DNA of 59,271 nt from Clostridia bacterium (lineage in GTDB: Bacteria; UBA6262; WVXT01), in contig WJOT01000080.1 in assembly GCA_009619095.1 (NCBI GenBank), forward strand, positions 1 to 59,271, read 5' to 3'. Both the position numbers and the translations under genes were made by a program. Position 1 is the first letter of the stretch. Each line of letters begins with the position of its first letter. Below, in pieces: positions 24,951-34,791 of this stretch. The notes below the pieces were generated by a model. It did no database searches, was not told the DNA's origin, and saw only the letters and a program-made list of their open reading frames with translations.

Positions 24951-26101
24951 ATTTTAGAATCTGCATGATATGTTCTCAATTTTATCCTGTTATTGGTGGG
25001 ACAGAACAACAAGCAGAAGCATTAGCAAGGGAGTTGTTAAAAGAGGGAGCAAAAGTGTTTGTTCTTACTCAGAGGATAAAGGGCCTAAGAAGAAGAGAGA
25101 ACTTGAATGGAGTGATAGTATATAGAGATATAATTGCTCCTCAGTGGGGACTTATTTTTGGATTGAGTTATTTATTAACAACTTTTATATTTCTATTGAG
25201 AAAAAGAAAAGAATATGATGTAATTCACTGTCATATTCTTTATCTTCATACCGTATCAGCAATATTAGTTAAGAAGTTATTAAAGAAAAAAGTTGTTGTT
25301 AAAATTGCTGGCATTAGTAAATTTGGAATCGGAGATATTGTAAGAATTAAAGAAATAAAGGGGTCAAAGATTATATTGGGAATAAGTAGAGGTGTTGATA
25401 GATTTATTGCTATTAGCAGAGAAATGAGAAATGAATTGAGAGAAATCGGTGTCAAAGAGGAACAAATCCTTGATATTCCGAATTTTGTGAACACTGAGAA
25501 ATTTTACCCTATTTCAAATGGAAAACGAAACGAACTACGAAATGAGCTTTTTTTGCCAATAGATAAAAAAATTATTTCTTTTGTCGGTCGTCTTTATATA
25601 GAAAAGGGGATTTCCTATTTGATTGAGGCGTGGTCTGAAATCATTATCGCATATCCTGAAGTAGCTTTGTTAATTATCGGGGATGGGCCTCTGATGAAAA
25701 GTTTAAAAGATCAGGCAAGGGCTTTAAATTTATCGGATAAGATAGAATTTTTAGGAAAGAAAGAGAATATTTCTGAATATCTTCAGGCGAGTGACATATT
25801 TGTTTTACCCTCGCTTTCAGAAGGGCTGTCCGGTGCGCTTTTGGAGGCAATGGCTTGTGGGCTTCCTTGTATAGCAACAAAGATTGGAGGTAATGTTGAC
25901 TTAACTGATGATGGTAAAGATGGAATTTTAGTAGAACCAGCAAGTAGTGAAGAACTCGCATCTGCTATATTGAGGTTATTAAAGGATAAAGAATCTTCTA
26001 AAAATATAGGTAATCAGGCGAGAAAGAAAATCTTAGAACGGTATTCAATAAATTCTATAGTTCCAGCTTATATAAATTTATACAAGGGACTCTTAAGCTA
26101 A
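24947..26101 (+). CDS. Glycosyltransferase family 4
   Basis: FYPVIGGTEQQ at the N-terminus. PSLSEGLSGALLEAMACGLPCIATKIGG is the EX7E region. Confidence 0.85.
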   Translation: MNFRICMICSQFYPVIGGTEQQAEALARELLKEGAKVFVLTQRIKGLRRRENLNGVIVYRDIIAPQWGLIFGLSYLLTTFIFLLRKRKEYDVIHCHILYLHTVSAILVKKLLKKKVVVKIAGISKFGIGDIVRIKEIKGSKIILGISRGVDRFIAISREMRNELREIGVKEEQILDIPNFVNTEKFYPISNGKRNELRNELFLPIDKKIISFVGRLYIEKGISYLIEAWSEIIIAYPEVALLIIGDGPLMKSLKDQARALNLSDKIEFLGKKENISEYLQASDIFVLPSLSEGLSGALLEAMACGLPCIATKIGGNVDLTDDGKDGILVEPASSEELASAILRLLKDKESSKNIGNQARKKILERYSINSIVPAYINLYKGLLS

Positions 26102-26137
26102 CGGCTCTGGTAACATAACAAGCTTCGGAAATTTGTA

Positions 26138-27214
26138 ATGAGTAACAAAAAAATTCTTTTTGTAATCTACTCCATCTACGGTGGTGGGGCAGAGAAACAA
26201 ATGCAATATATTTTGAGATATATTGATAGGAAAAAATTTGAGCTGAATCTTGCTGTTTTTCACTTGACAGGAACGGAGAACGAGCTGGTGCCTGAGGATG
26301 TTCCTATTTTTGATTTGGGTACAAAATTAAGACCAGCCTCGATTTTTTTGACCTACAAACTGATAAGTTTAATTAAAAAAATTAAACCTGATAGGATATT
26401 GTCTTTTCTCTGGGGAACGAACTTGATTTCCATTTTAGCAGGGATTCTTACGAAGACAGACTTTCTGATAAGTGAAAGAACGTTCTCAAAGATAGATATA
26501 AAAGGATATTCTCTTCCAAAGTTAAGAAAAAAAATGATTTCACTACTTTATCCTAAAGCAGAAAAAATAACTACGGTCTCATATGATGTCAGGGAGAATT
26601 TATGTAAATATTTTGATATTCCAGAAAGTAAAATTGAAGTAATTTATAATGGGATAGATTTAGAAAAGATAAAAAAGCTAAAAAATGAATATGAAATCAA
26701 TCTCCAAAGTTATTTGCTTGCTTGTGGGGGATTACACAAATGGAAAAATTATGATTTCTTGATTGAAGTAATGGCAGAACTTAAAAGCTTATCTCTGGTT
26801 ATTTTGGGTGAGGGTCCTTTAAGGAAACATCTTAAAGAGAAAGCAGAATCTTTGGGAGTAGATTTAATTCTGCCTGGTTATATTAACAACCCGTATCCTT
26901 ATTTTAAGAAAGCAAGAGCTTTTGTCTTGACTTCTTTATATGAAGGGTTTCCTAATGTTGTTTTAGAAGCAATGGCTTGTGGAGTTCCTGTTGTCTCGGT
27001 GGATTGTCCGGGTGGTGTGAACGAAATTATTGAAAATGGAAAGACAGGCCTTTTAGTTCCATCTGATGATAAAAAGGTATTGGCTGGGGCTATGATTAAA
27101 TTGCTTAAGGATGAAAATTTGTGTAAAGTTCTTACAGAAAATGCCTATAGAAAAGTGAAGGAAGAATTTACATTGGCTCGGATGGTTAAGAGTTATGAGG
27201 ATGTGTTGAAATAA
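26138..27214 (+). CDS. Glycosyltransferase family 4
   Basis: TSLYEGFPNVVLEAMACGVPVVSVDCPGG is the EX7E region. 358 aa. Confidence 0.85.
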   Translation: MSNKKILFVIYSIYGGGAEKQMQYILRYIDRKKFELNLAVFHLTGTENELVPEDVPIFDLGTKLRPASIFLTYKLISLIKKIKPDRILSFLWGTNLISILAGILTKTDFLISERTFSKIDIKGYSLPKLRKKMISLLYPKAEKITTVSYDVRENLCKYFDIPESKIEVIYNGIDLEKIKKLKNEYEINLQSYLLACGGLHKWKNYDFLIEVMAELKSLSLVILGEGPLRKHLKEKAESLGVDLILPGYINNPYPYFKKARAFVLTSLYEGFPNVVLEAMACGVPVVSVDCPGGVNEIIENGKTGLLVPSDDKKVLAGAMIKLLKDENLCKVLTENAYRKVKEEFTLARMVKSYEDVLK

Positions 27215-29118
27215 TGTGTGGAATTTGTGGAATATTAAATTTTGATGGTAAGCCGATATCTGAAGAATTATTGAAAAAGATGAACGATCAATTAATTCAT
27301 CGGGGACCGGATGATGAAGGGTACTATATCAACGCAAAATATAACGTGGGGATGGGGATGAGGCGGCTGAGTATTATTGACTTGGAAACAGGACAGCAGC
27401 CAATTCATAATGAGGATAAGTCAATATGGGTTATATTAAACGGTGAGATTTACAATTTCCAGGAGCTTCGGAATAATCTTAAAAAAAAGGGTCATAATTT
27501 TTACACAAAGAGCGATACAGAGGTACTTGTACATCTGTACGAGGATTATGGGACTGACTGCCTCAAATATATGAATGGAATGTTTGCCTTTGCCCTGTGG
27601 GATGAGAATAAACACTGTCTCTTCATCGCAAGGGACCGGGTTGGGAAGAAGCCTCTATATTATATGAGAATAGGTGATAAGTTCTATTTTGCTTCGGAGA
27701 TAAAGTCATTTCTGGTAATACCGGAATTTAAGAAGGAAGTTAATCTGAAGGCAATTCATTATTATTTAACATATCAATACATTCCTTCGCCTATGACGAT
27801 ATTTAAAAATGTCTTCCGCCTTCCACCCGCTACATTTATGGTTATTGATTCACAGGGCAGGATAAAAAGCTGCAAGTACTGGTCGCTAAATTTCAGGCAT
27901 AAGACAGATTTGACTTTTCATGAAGCCAAGGAGAAAATCAGGTCACTGTTGAGAGATGCTGTTAGGATTAGGATGATTGCTGACGTTCCTTTAGGTGCAT
28001 TTCTTTCTGGCGGGCATGATTCTTCCATAATTGTGGGATTGATGAGTCAATTATCATCTCAACCGGTAAAAACATTTTCTATTGGCTTTGAAGAACAAGA
28101 ATTTTCAGAATTAAAATATGCTAGAATACTTGCTAAGAAATTTGGATGTGACCATCATGAATTTATCGTTAAACCAGATTATATTGATATTTTACCTAAG
28201 ATTGTCTGGCATTATGACCAACCTTATGCTGATAGCTCAGCCTTACCAAGTTTTTATGTTGCTAAGATGACACGTCAATATGTAAAAGTTGCCTTAAATG
28301 GAGATGGGGGGGATGAGAATTTTGCCGGTTATCTGAGATATTCTGCCTTAAGAAATTTTACTCTTATGGCTTTACCCTTTCAAATAATTCCTCATAAATT
28401 ATTTTCAAAATTTTTGAATTTAATTCCTGATATTGAATCATCTCAACGGAACCCCGTTCGTTATGCAAAACGGCTTTTGTCTGCATTAAATGAATCTCCT
28501 TCTCGTAGAAACATTATCTGGCATTGTTTCTTTAATAATTTCTCAAAAAAGCGGATCTATTCTGATGGGATGAGAAATAGATTTTCAGATATTGATACTT
28601 ATGAATATCTCGGCAATTTATTTGAGCGGGCGCCAGCAACCGGGGTTATTGACAGAGCTCTTTATACTGATATCAATGCTTATCTTCCGGAGGATTTACT
28701 TGTAAAGATGGATGTGGCTACAATGGCGAATTCCCTTGAGGCACGCTCGCCATTTCTGGACTATCGCATACTTGAATTTACTTCCAGCCTTCTATCTTCC
28801 TGGAAAATGAAGATTTTTTCTCAAAAGTATATCCTAAAAAGAACATTTGAGGATTTACTTCCTCCTGAAATCCTGCATCGTTCTAAACAGGGATTTGGCA
28901 TTCCTGTCGGAGAATGGTTTCGTCATCAATGGAAGGATCATTTCAGGGAGATTGTCCTTTCTCCAAAAGCAAATAGGGGTTATTTTGATATGAACGAAGT
29001 GAAGGCATTATTTCAGGAGCATATCTTGGGAAGACGAGACCACGGCTATCGCCTATGGGCTCTTTTTATGTTAGAATTATGGCATAGAGTTTTTATTGAT
29101 GGAGATATTGTAGTATGA
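27214..29118 (+). CDS. asnB: Asparagine synthase (glutamine-hydrolysing) family amidotransferase
   Basis: N-terminal MCGICGI (Ntn Cys2). PP-loop SGGHDSS. 634 aa. Confidence 0.88.
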   Translation: MCGICGILNFDGKPISEELLKKMNDQLIHRGPDDEGYYINAKYNVGMGMRRLSIIDLETGQQPIHNEDKSIWVILNGEIYNFQELRNNLKKKGHNFYTKSDTEVLVHLYEDYGTDCLKYMNGMFAFALWDENKHCLFIARDRVGKKPLYYMRIGDKFYFASEIKSFLVIPEFKKEVNLKAIHYYLTYQYIPSPMTIFKNVFRLPPATFMVIDSQGRIKSCKYWSLNFRHKTDLTFHEAKEKIRSLLRDAVRIRMIADVPLGAFLSGGHDSSIIVGLMSQLSSQPVKTFSIGFEEQEFSELKYARILAKKFGCDHHEFIVKPDYIDILPKIVWHYDQPYADSSALPSFYVAKMTRQYVKVALNGDGGDENFAGYLRYSALRNFTLMALPFQIIPHKLFSKFLNLIPDIESSQRNPVRYAKRLLSALNESPSRRNIIWHCFFNNFSKKRIYSDGMRNRFSDIDTYEYLGNLFERAPATGVIDRALYTDINAYLPEDLLVKMDVATMANSLEARSPFLDYRILEFTSSLLSSWKMKIFSQKYILKRTFEDLLPPEILHRSKQGFGIPVGEWFRHQWKDHFREIVLSPKANRGYFDMNEVKALFQEHILGRRDHGYRLWALFMLELWHRVFIDGDIVV

Positions 29119-29243
29119 AAAAAGCACTTATTACCGGGATTGCAGGACAGGGTGGTTCATATTTGGCAGAATTTTTGTCATCAAAAGGATATGAAGTTCA
29201 TGGAATAATTAGAGATCATCAAAGAAGAGTGTTTGTTTCATAA
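29115..29243 (+). pseudogene. Truncated N-terminal fragment of GDP-mannose 4,6-dehydratase
   Basis: [33 protein letters not shown] matches the Gmd N-terminus. It then diverges and stops after 42 codons. Confidence 0.7.
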
Positions 29244-29286
29244 AATAGTTCCTCAATACTTGAATCTCTACCGTAAACTTTTTTAA
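29209..29286 (+). pseudogene. Relic of a GT4 C-terminal tail
   Basis: A different frame encodes ...[19 protein letters not shown]. Compare the end of the 24947-26101 GT4, SINSIVPAYINLYKGLLS. Confidence 0.55.
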
Positions 29287-29287
29287 G

Positions 29288-30522
29288 ATGAATAAGGAAA
29301 GGAAATATTTAATTTTCATTTTCATAATTGCATTAACTTAAGGTTAACGTACGTCCTGTTTTTCCCTCAGTCAAAAATACATAGTGATGCTTTGCAATAT
29401 GATACTATTGGCTGGAATTTAGCTTCTGGTGATGGTTTTTCACTGGAACCCGGTGTGCCGACACCAGTTAGGGCGCCGGTCTATCCATTTTTCTTGAGTT
29501 TTATTTATTTTATATTTGGGCACAGTTATTTGGCGGTAAGATTAGCACAAACAATAGTCAGTGCTTTGACTTGTTTGGTCATCTATTGGCTGGGAAAGGA
29601 GATCTTTGACGAAGGGGTTGGTCGGGTCGCTTCCTTAATTTTAGCTTTGTACCCAATTTTGATAGGGTACACTGGTTTACTTCTAACAGAAACCTTATTT
29701 ACTTTTCTGCTGTCTCTTGCCGTATTATTTTTAGTGAGAGCAGTAAAAAATAGATCAAGCAAATCTTATGCAATTAGTGGCATGTTTCTGGGAATAACAG
29801 CCCTATGTCGAGCGACAGTGATATTTTTTCCGCTTTTTCTCTTTGTAGGATTATGGGCTGTTTATAGAGTGAGGGTCAGAGCAATTGTCCATTTTTCGAT
29901 TTTTCTTTTAATGATGGTTGTTGTAATAGCTCCCTGGACAGTGCGCAATTACTTTCGGTTTCATACCTTTTTACCCGTTGCCACAGGAGGAGGATTGACA
30001 TTATGGGCAGGTACTTATGTGCCCTGGGACGGTAAATATCAAGGGGCGGGAACAGAACCCTTAAAAAGCATGGCAATGAAGTATTCAGCTATAGAATTGG
30101 ATAAGAGGTTATTTAGGGAAGGACTGAAAAATATCAAAGAGCATCCCATTAGATATCTTATTATGTCCATAAGGAAATTTCCTGAGTTTTGGGTGATTAG
30201 TAGCGATGTATTTGGCATATATAAGACCAGTTTCTGGTATATCCGGGAACGTCGGTATTTCCCGCTTTTTGTGAAATTTTGTCTATTGTTTTTGCACAGC
30301 TTTCTTGTTATTCTTGCCATTATCGGTTTTTCCTCAATTAGACAACAATGGAAGTCTTATATAATTCCTTTATTACTGATTTGTTATTTTACAGGGCATA
30401 TTTTTCTGGTTACCATCGCCCGTTATCATCTTCCAGCCTTACCTTATGTTTTTATTTTTACTTCAGTGTGTTTGATAAGAGCCAATAAAAAAATCATAGA
30501 ATCAAAAGTTAAAGTAAAATGA
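29288..30522 (+). pseudogene. GT-C (GT39/ArnT/PMT_2-like) glycosyltransferase with its N-terminus disrupted by a 1-nt frameshift
   Basis: ATG 29288 encodes MNKERKYLIFIFIIALT*. The next frame continues LRLTYVLFFPQSKIHSDALQYD... into the 29392-30522 ORF. The joined protein aligns with the paralog at 31931-33220. Confidence 0.65.
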
Positions 30523-31238
30523 AAGAAAGTAAAGTCGGTGAAATGCTAGAAGCGATTCAGAATTTAGATAGGATGTCGAAGACCATCAATTACAATAATT
30601 GGATATATAAAATAATTAAGCCATTTATTGGAAAAAGGATGTTGGAGATTGGTTGCGGCATTGGAAATATGACCAAATTTTTTCTTAATTATGAAACAAT
30701 AGTTGCCATCGATATTTCATCCGAGTGCATAGAAATTATGAAATCTAGATTCTCTCATTATAAAAACTTACGGATCGTCAATCACGACATATCCAATGAA
30801 GAATTTGGAGAACTGAGAGAATTCAATTTTGATACTATTGTTTGCATAAATGTATTGGAACACGTAAAAGACGACCTTCGAGCACTAAGAAATTGTTATC
30901 AGTTACTCAACGAACGGGGGAGATTAATTTTGTTTGTACCCGCTCTTAAAATTCTTTATGGAACCATTGACCAAGCTGATTCTCATTATCGAAGGTATGC
31001 TAAAATTGAATTAACTAATAAATTAGGGGAGGCTAGTTTCGTTATCAAAAAGGCAGCTTATGCTAATTTTTTTGGAATTTTTCCCTGGATTTTACACAGT
31101 AAGATCTTAAAGAAGCCGGTACATCCTCCCAAGCAGATGGTATTCTTTGATAAATTTGTGCCCTTTTGCACTTTCTGGGAAAAAATATTTCCACCTCCTA
31201 TTGGACTTAATTTACTTTTCGTTTGTGAGAAAGGTTAA
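30519..31238 (+). CDS. Class I SAM-dependent methyltransferase
   Basis: Motif I is MLEIGCGIGNM. 239 aa. Overlaps the upstream stop codon. Confidence 0.8.
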   Translation: MKESKVGEMLEAIQNLDRMSKTINYNNWIYKIIKPFIGKRMLEIGCGIGNMTKFFLNYETIVAIDISSECIEIMKSRFSHYKNLRIVNHDISNEEFGELREFNFDTIVCINVLEHVKDDLRALRNCYQLLNERGRLILFVPALKILYGTIDQADSHYRRYAKIELTNKLGEASFVIKKAAYANFFGIFPWILHSKILKKPVHPPKQMVFFDKFVPFCTFWEKIFPPPIGLNLLFVCEKG

Positions 31239-31241
31239 GGT

Positions 31242-31934
31242 ATGAAGTTATCAGTGATAATGCCTGTTTATAATGAAAAACATACCATAAAGGAAATCGT
31301 ACGCAAGGTAATGAATGTAAATATGGAGAAAGAGATTATAATTGTGGATGATTGTTCAATAGATAGTACGCGAGATACATTAAGGAGAATTGATAATAAT
31401 AACATCAAAGTGATTTATCATGATAAAAATATGGGAAAAGGTATGGCGATAAGAACAGGGATTAAGTATGTAACCGGAGATATCATAATTATTCAAGATG
31501 CTGATTTAGAATATGAGCCCGAAGACTATTATGAATTGACCCGGCCCATTATTGAGGGGAAAGCAGATGTGGTATACGGGTCTCGAGAACTTCTTAAACA
31601 AAATAAATGGTCTTACTATCGGTATGCCATCGGAGGCAGATTCTTGAGTTGGCTGACAAATCTACTTTACCATTCAAGTATTACTGATGAGCCAACTTGT
31701 TATAAAGTATTCAAAGCTGACATTTTGAAAAGTATCAATTTGGACTGTAAGAAGTTTGAGTTTTGTCCTGAAGTCACAGCTAAGGTACTAAGAAGAGGTA
31801 TTAGAATCTATGAAGTACCAATTCATTATTATCCGAGATCCATCGAAGAAGGAAAGAAGATAGGGTTGAGGGATGGATTGCAAGCGATATGGACCCTGAT
31901 AAAGCATCGTTTTATAGATAAACATTCTTTGTGA
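31242..31934 (+). CDS. GT2 glycosyltransferase, polyprenyl-phosphate sugar synthase-like (DPM1/ArnC/GtrB type)
   Basis: SVIMPVYNE, VDDCSIDST and QDADLEYEP motifs. 230 aa, soluble. Confidence 0.8.
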   Translation: MKLSVIMPVYNEKHTIKEIVRKVMNVNMEKEIIIVDDCSIDSTRDTLRRIDNNNIKVIYHDKNMGKGMAIRTGIKYVTGDIIIIQDADLEYEPEDYYELTRPIIEGKADVVYGSRELLKQNKWSYYRYAIGGRFLSWLTNLLYHSSITDEPTCYKVFKADILKSINLDCKKFEFCPEVTAKVLRRGIRIYEVPIHYYPRSIEEGKKIGLRDGLQAIWTLIKHRFIDKHSL

Positions 31935-33220
31935 GTGTGCCAATGAAAAAAGAGCTCGAAAAAATTATGGCTGGCAAATTGGTAATTAATGAATACTTAT
32001 TCTTATTAGTCTTATTTTCGTTAGCCAGTCTTTTGAGAATTTTGTATGCCTTTTATTTAAAAGGAAATATTCCTGTCAGTGATGCTGCAGGATTTGATCT
32101 ATTAGGGATAAATATTTTGAAGTATGGCCAATATGCTTTTCAACCGGGCATTCCTACAGCACACCGCACACCTGTATATCCACTTTTTCTATCAGGGGTA
32201 TACTTTCTCTTTGGGCACAGTTATCTTGCAGCAAGGATAGTCCAGTCATTGATTGGCGGTTTAACCTGTATAGTTATATATTTCATTGGCAAGAGAACAG
32301 TCAATAAGAAGGTTGGCATTATTGCCGCCACTGTTTCTATGTTTTATCCATTTTTTATCTATTACACGGGGTATTTACTTGTGGAGACATTGTTTACATT
32401 TCTCCTGGCGGTTACTGTGTACTGGCTTATCACCAGCATAGAGAAGCCTGATTGGAAGAATCTTAGCCTGAGTGGGGTGTTTATGGGACTGGCAGCCCTA
32501 TGTAAGCCAACGGCCTTTGCTTTCGTTCCTTTCTCTGTTTCAAGTTTCTTGGTGATTTTGGGAATTAGGAAAGTGTCAACATATAGAAATATTGGCATCT
32601 TTTTGCTTTTTTTTACTATTACTTTGTCTCCTTGGGTTATTAGAAACCATATTGTTTTTAGAAGAATTATCCCGTCTACTACACAGTTAGGCTTTGCGTT
32701 ATTAGACGGAAGCTTGCTATTCGATGCTGAGCACCAGTGGCGGATGGAAGAGGAAGAGCAAAAAAATCCTATATTACTAAAAGGGAAAGAATTGAATGAA
32801 ATAGAACAAAACGACTACTTTACCAAGGAGGCTTTAAAGTTTATAAGAAATAATCCAAAATACATGATGAAATTAGCCCTCAGGAAATTCCTTAAATTTT
32901 GGAGATTGTACCCGCATACGGAAAACATTTATACTTACGGGCAATCAAAAGGTCTGTTAGTTCTCCTTAGCCTTCTTTCTTATGGTATACTTTTACCTTT
33001 TAGCATACTCGGAATCATCTTTTCAATCAAGAACTGGAAGCGGTTCACATTTTTTTATGGTTTGATACTATCTTTTACTATTATACACTTGATTGTTTGG
33101 TCGCAAATCAGGTACCGCTTGCCGATTATGCCTTATATGATAGTTTTTGCAGCGTTCGGCTTAAATTTCATTATAGAGAGAATGAAATCGCTGAGATTGG
33201 CGAAGCGAGTCAAAATTTAG
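31931..33220 (+). CDS. GT-C (GT39/ArnT/PMT_2-like) membrane glycosyltransferase
   Basis: 429 aa and polytopic. The conserved block AHRTPVYPLFLSGVYFLFGHSYLAARIVQS is shared with 29392-30522. Confidence 0.75.
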   Translation: MSVPMKKELEKIMAGKLVINEYLFLLVLFSLASLLRILYAFYLKGNIPVSDAAGFDLLGINILKYGQYAFQPGIPTAHRTPVYPLFLSGVYFLFGHSYLAARIVQSLIGGLTCIVIYFIGKRTVNKKVGIIAATVSMFYPFFIYYTGYLLVETLFTFLLAVTVYWLITSIEKPDWKNLSLSGVFMGLAALCKPTAFAFVPFSVSSFLVILGIRKVSTYRNIGIFLLFFTITLSPWVIRNHIVFRRIIPSTTQLGFALLDGSLLFDAEHQWRMEEEEQKNPILLKGKELNEIEQNDYFTKEALKFIRNNPKYMMKLALRKFLKFWRLYPHTENIYTYGQSKGLLVLLSLLSYGILLPFSILGIIFSIKNWKRFTFFYGLILSFTIIHLIVWSQIRYRLPIMPYMIVFAAFGLNFIIERMKSLRLAKRVKI

Positions 33221-33248
33221 ATGGAATGTAAGGGACTTCGGAGGAAAT

Positions 33249-33551
33249 ATGGCTGGTAAATTGGTAATTAGGGTAATTAAGATTAAGGGGAAATGCCCGG
33301 TGTACAGTGTTGGGGACAGGATTGTGCTGGATGAGGGGTATAAATTAAATCTTAAAGAGACTACCAATATCTGTATGCACTCTTTGTCTTCAATTATTCC
33401 TTATTATAATGCTTTGTATAACGGTGTTGCCCCGGAAAAATTGGGGCTTGCCAACAAGGATGGAAAAACTTGTGTGCAGTGCCTGGACCCTTGCGAAATT
33501 ACTGGCGGTGGGACAGTTTTGTTTGAAATTGAGCTTTTGGGGCCAGAGTGA
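33249..33551 (+). CDS. Small Cys-rich protein, TIGR04076-like
   Basis: 100 aa. GKCPVYSVGDRIV...CMHSLSSIIPYY...CVQCLDPC. The family assignment is from memory only. Confidence 0.5.
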   Translation: MAGKLVIRVIKIKGKCPVYSVGDRIVLDEGYKLNLKETTNICMHSLSSIIPYYNALYNGVAPEKLGLANKDGKTCVQCLDPCEITGGGTVLFEIELLGPE

Positions 33552-33633
33552 CAGCATCTTAGTAAGGGAGCAACGATATTTATTCTGCTTAGAAAATGAA
33601 TGAAATGTTCTCTGGGAGCAGAACTAATGGGCG

Positions 33634-34791
33634 ATGAGATTGAGACGCATTAACTTGTTGCAAGTTGTTCCTGGTTTGACTGTGGGAGGGACGGAAAAGA
33701 TGTTCGTTCAGTTCCTTCCATTGTTCAATAAAGCCAGGTACAATCTTTCAGTTTGTTGTCTAAAGGGTCGGGGAGTTTTGTCCAACGAGTTGAAAGAAAG
33801 GGGCATTAAGGTAGAATATTTGAATATGCCCAGAGGTCCAGGTTTTTTGATTCTTCTGGACAGCTTTAGAGCTATTATCAAATTATTCTACTTGATGAAG
33901 AAGAGAAAAATTGATATTGTACACTCTTACCTGTTTCGGGCAAATATATTATGCCGTATAACTGCAAAATTGGCTGGAGTACCAGTGGTGATTTCTTCTA
34001 TGCAAGGCATAGAGGTGACTAGAATGTGTCCTCTTTTGCTGGAGAAGGTAACTTCACCGCTTGTAGATAAGTTCACTGCAGTCTCGGATGCCATAAGGAT
34101 TTATATCATCCAAAAAGCCCGCATAGACCCTGAAAAGATAGTGACTATCCACAACGGAATCGGGCTTATTGAAGCGAATGTGGCACCAATAGAAAGAAAG
34201 GAATTTGGTTTAAGGCCAGGTGTACCAATTGTGGGTGTGGTGGGCCGATTGGCAAAGGAGAAGGGACACGAATATCTTTTGAATGCAGTCAGGATTGTAA
34301 TCAGAGAATATCCCCAGGCACACTTTCTTGTTGTGGGAGATGGAGCCCAACGCAAAGAGTTAGTAAATTTGGCATTCGATTTGGGATTGAAAGACCATAT
34401 TACCTTTACTGGATACAGGAGAGATGTCCTTCGCGTCTTGGCTCTTTTTGATATTTTTGCTTTAGCCACATTCTGGGAGGGTTTATCTATGGTGATTTTG
34501 GAAGCTATGGTAATGGCTAAGCCTGTAGTTACCACTAATGTGGTAGGAAATCCTGAAGTAGTAGTTGACGGAGTTACAGGATTTCTGGTAGCGCCTCGGG
34601 ATGCAGAGGGTTTAGCTGAGCGGATACTAACATTATTAAGGGATGAGAATTTGAGGAAACGAATGGGCAGTGCGGGAAGAAGACGGATAGAGGAGAAGTT
34701 TACCATAGAAAGAATGGTAAGTGAAACCGAAAAACTTTATGGAGAATTACTTGTGAAGAAAAGAGGAGAAAAAAGAGGCAATAAATCTTGA
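33634..34791 (+). CDS. Glycosyltransferase family 4
   Basis: ATFWEGLSMVILEAMVMAKPVVTTNVVGN is the EX7E region. 385 aa. Confidence 0.85.
   Translation: MRLRRINLLQVVPGLTVGGTEKMFVQFLPLFNKARYNLSVCCLKGRGVLSNELKERGIKVEYLNMPRGPGFLILLDSFRAIIKLFYLMKKRKIDIVHSYLFRANILCRITAKLAGVPVVISSMQGIEVTRMCPLLLEKVTSPLVDKFTAVSDAIRIYIIQKARIDPEKIVTIHNGIGLIEANVAPIERKEFGLRPGVPIVGVVGRLAKEKGHEYLLNAVRIVIREYPQAHFLVVGDGAQRKELVNLAFDLGLKDHITFTGYRRDVLRVLALFDIFALATFWEGLSMVILEAMVMAKPVVTTNVVGNPEVVVDGVTGFLVAPRDAEGLAERILTLLRDENLRKRMGSAGRRRIEEKFTIERMVSETEKLYGELLVKKRGEKRGNKS

Noticed and set aside
34101-34706. 201-aa minus-strand ORF. Similar long antisense ORFs occur at 51574-52143, 48798-49289, 405-851 and 44247-44618.
   Set aside because: Each lies fully inside a + strand gene with strong family motifs (GT4, plsX, nfnA, recG, and the GT4/leuC junction). 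These are typical shadow ORFs with biased composition and no ribosome binding site.
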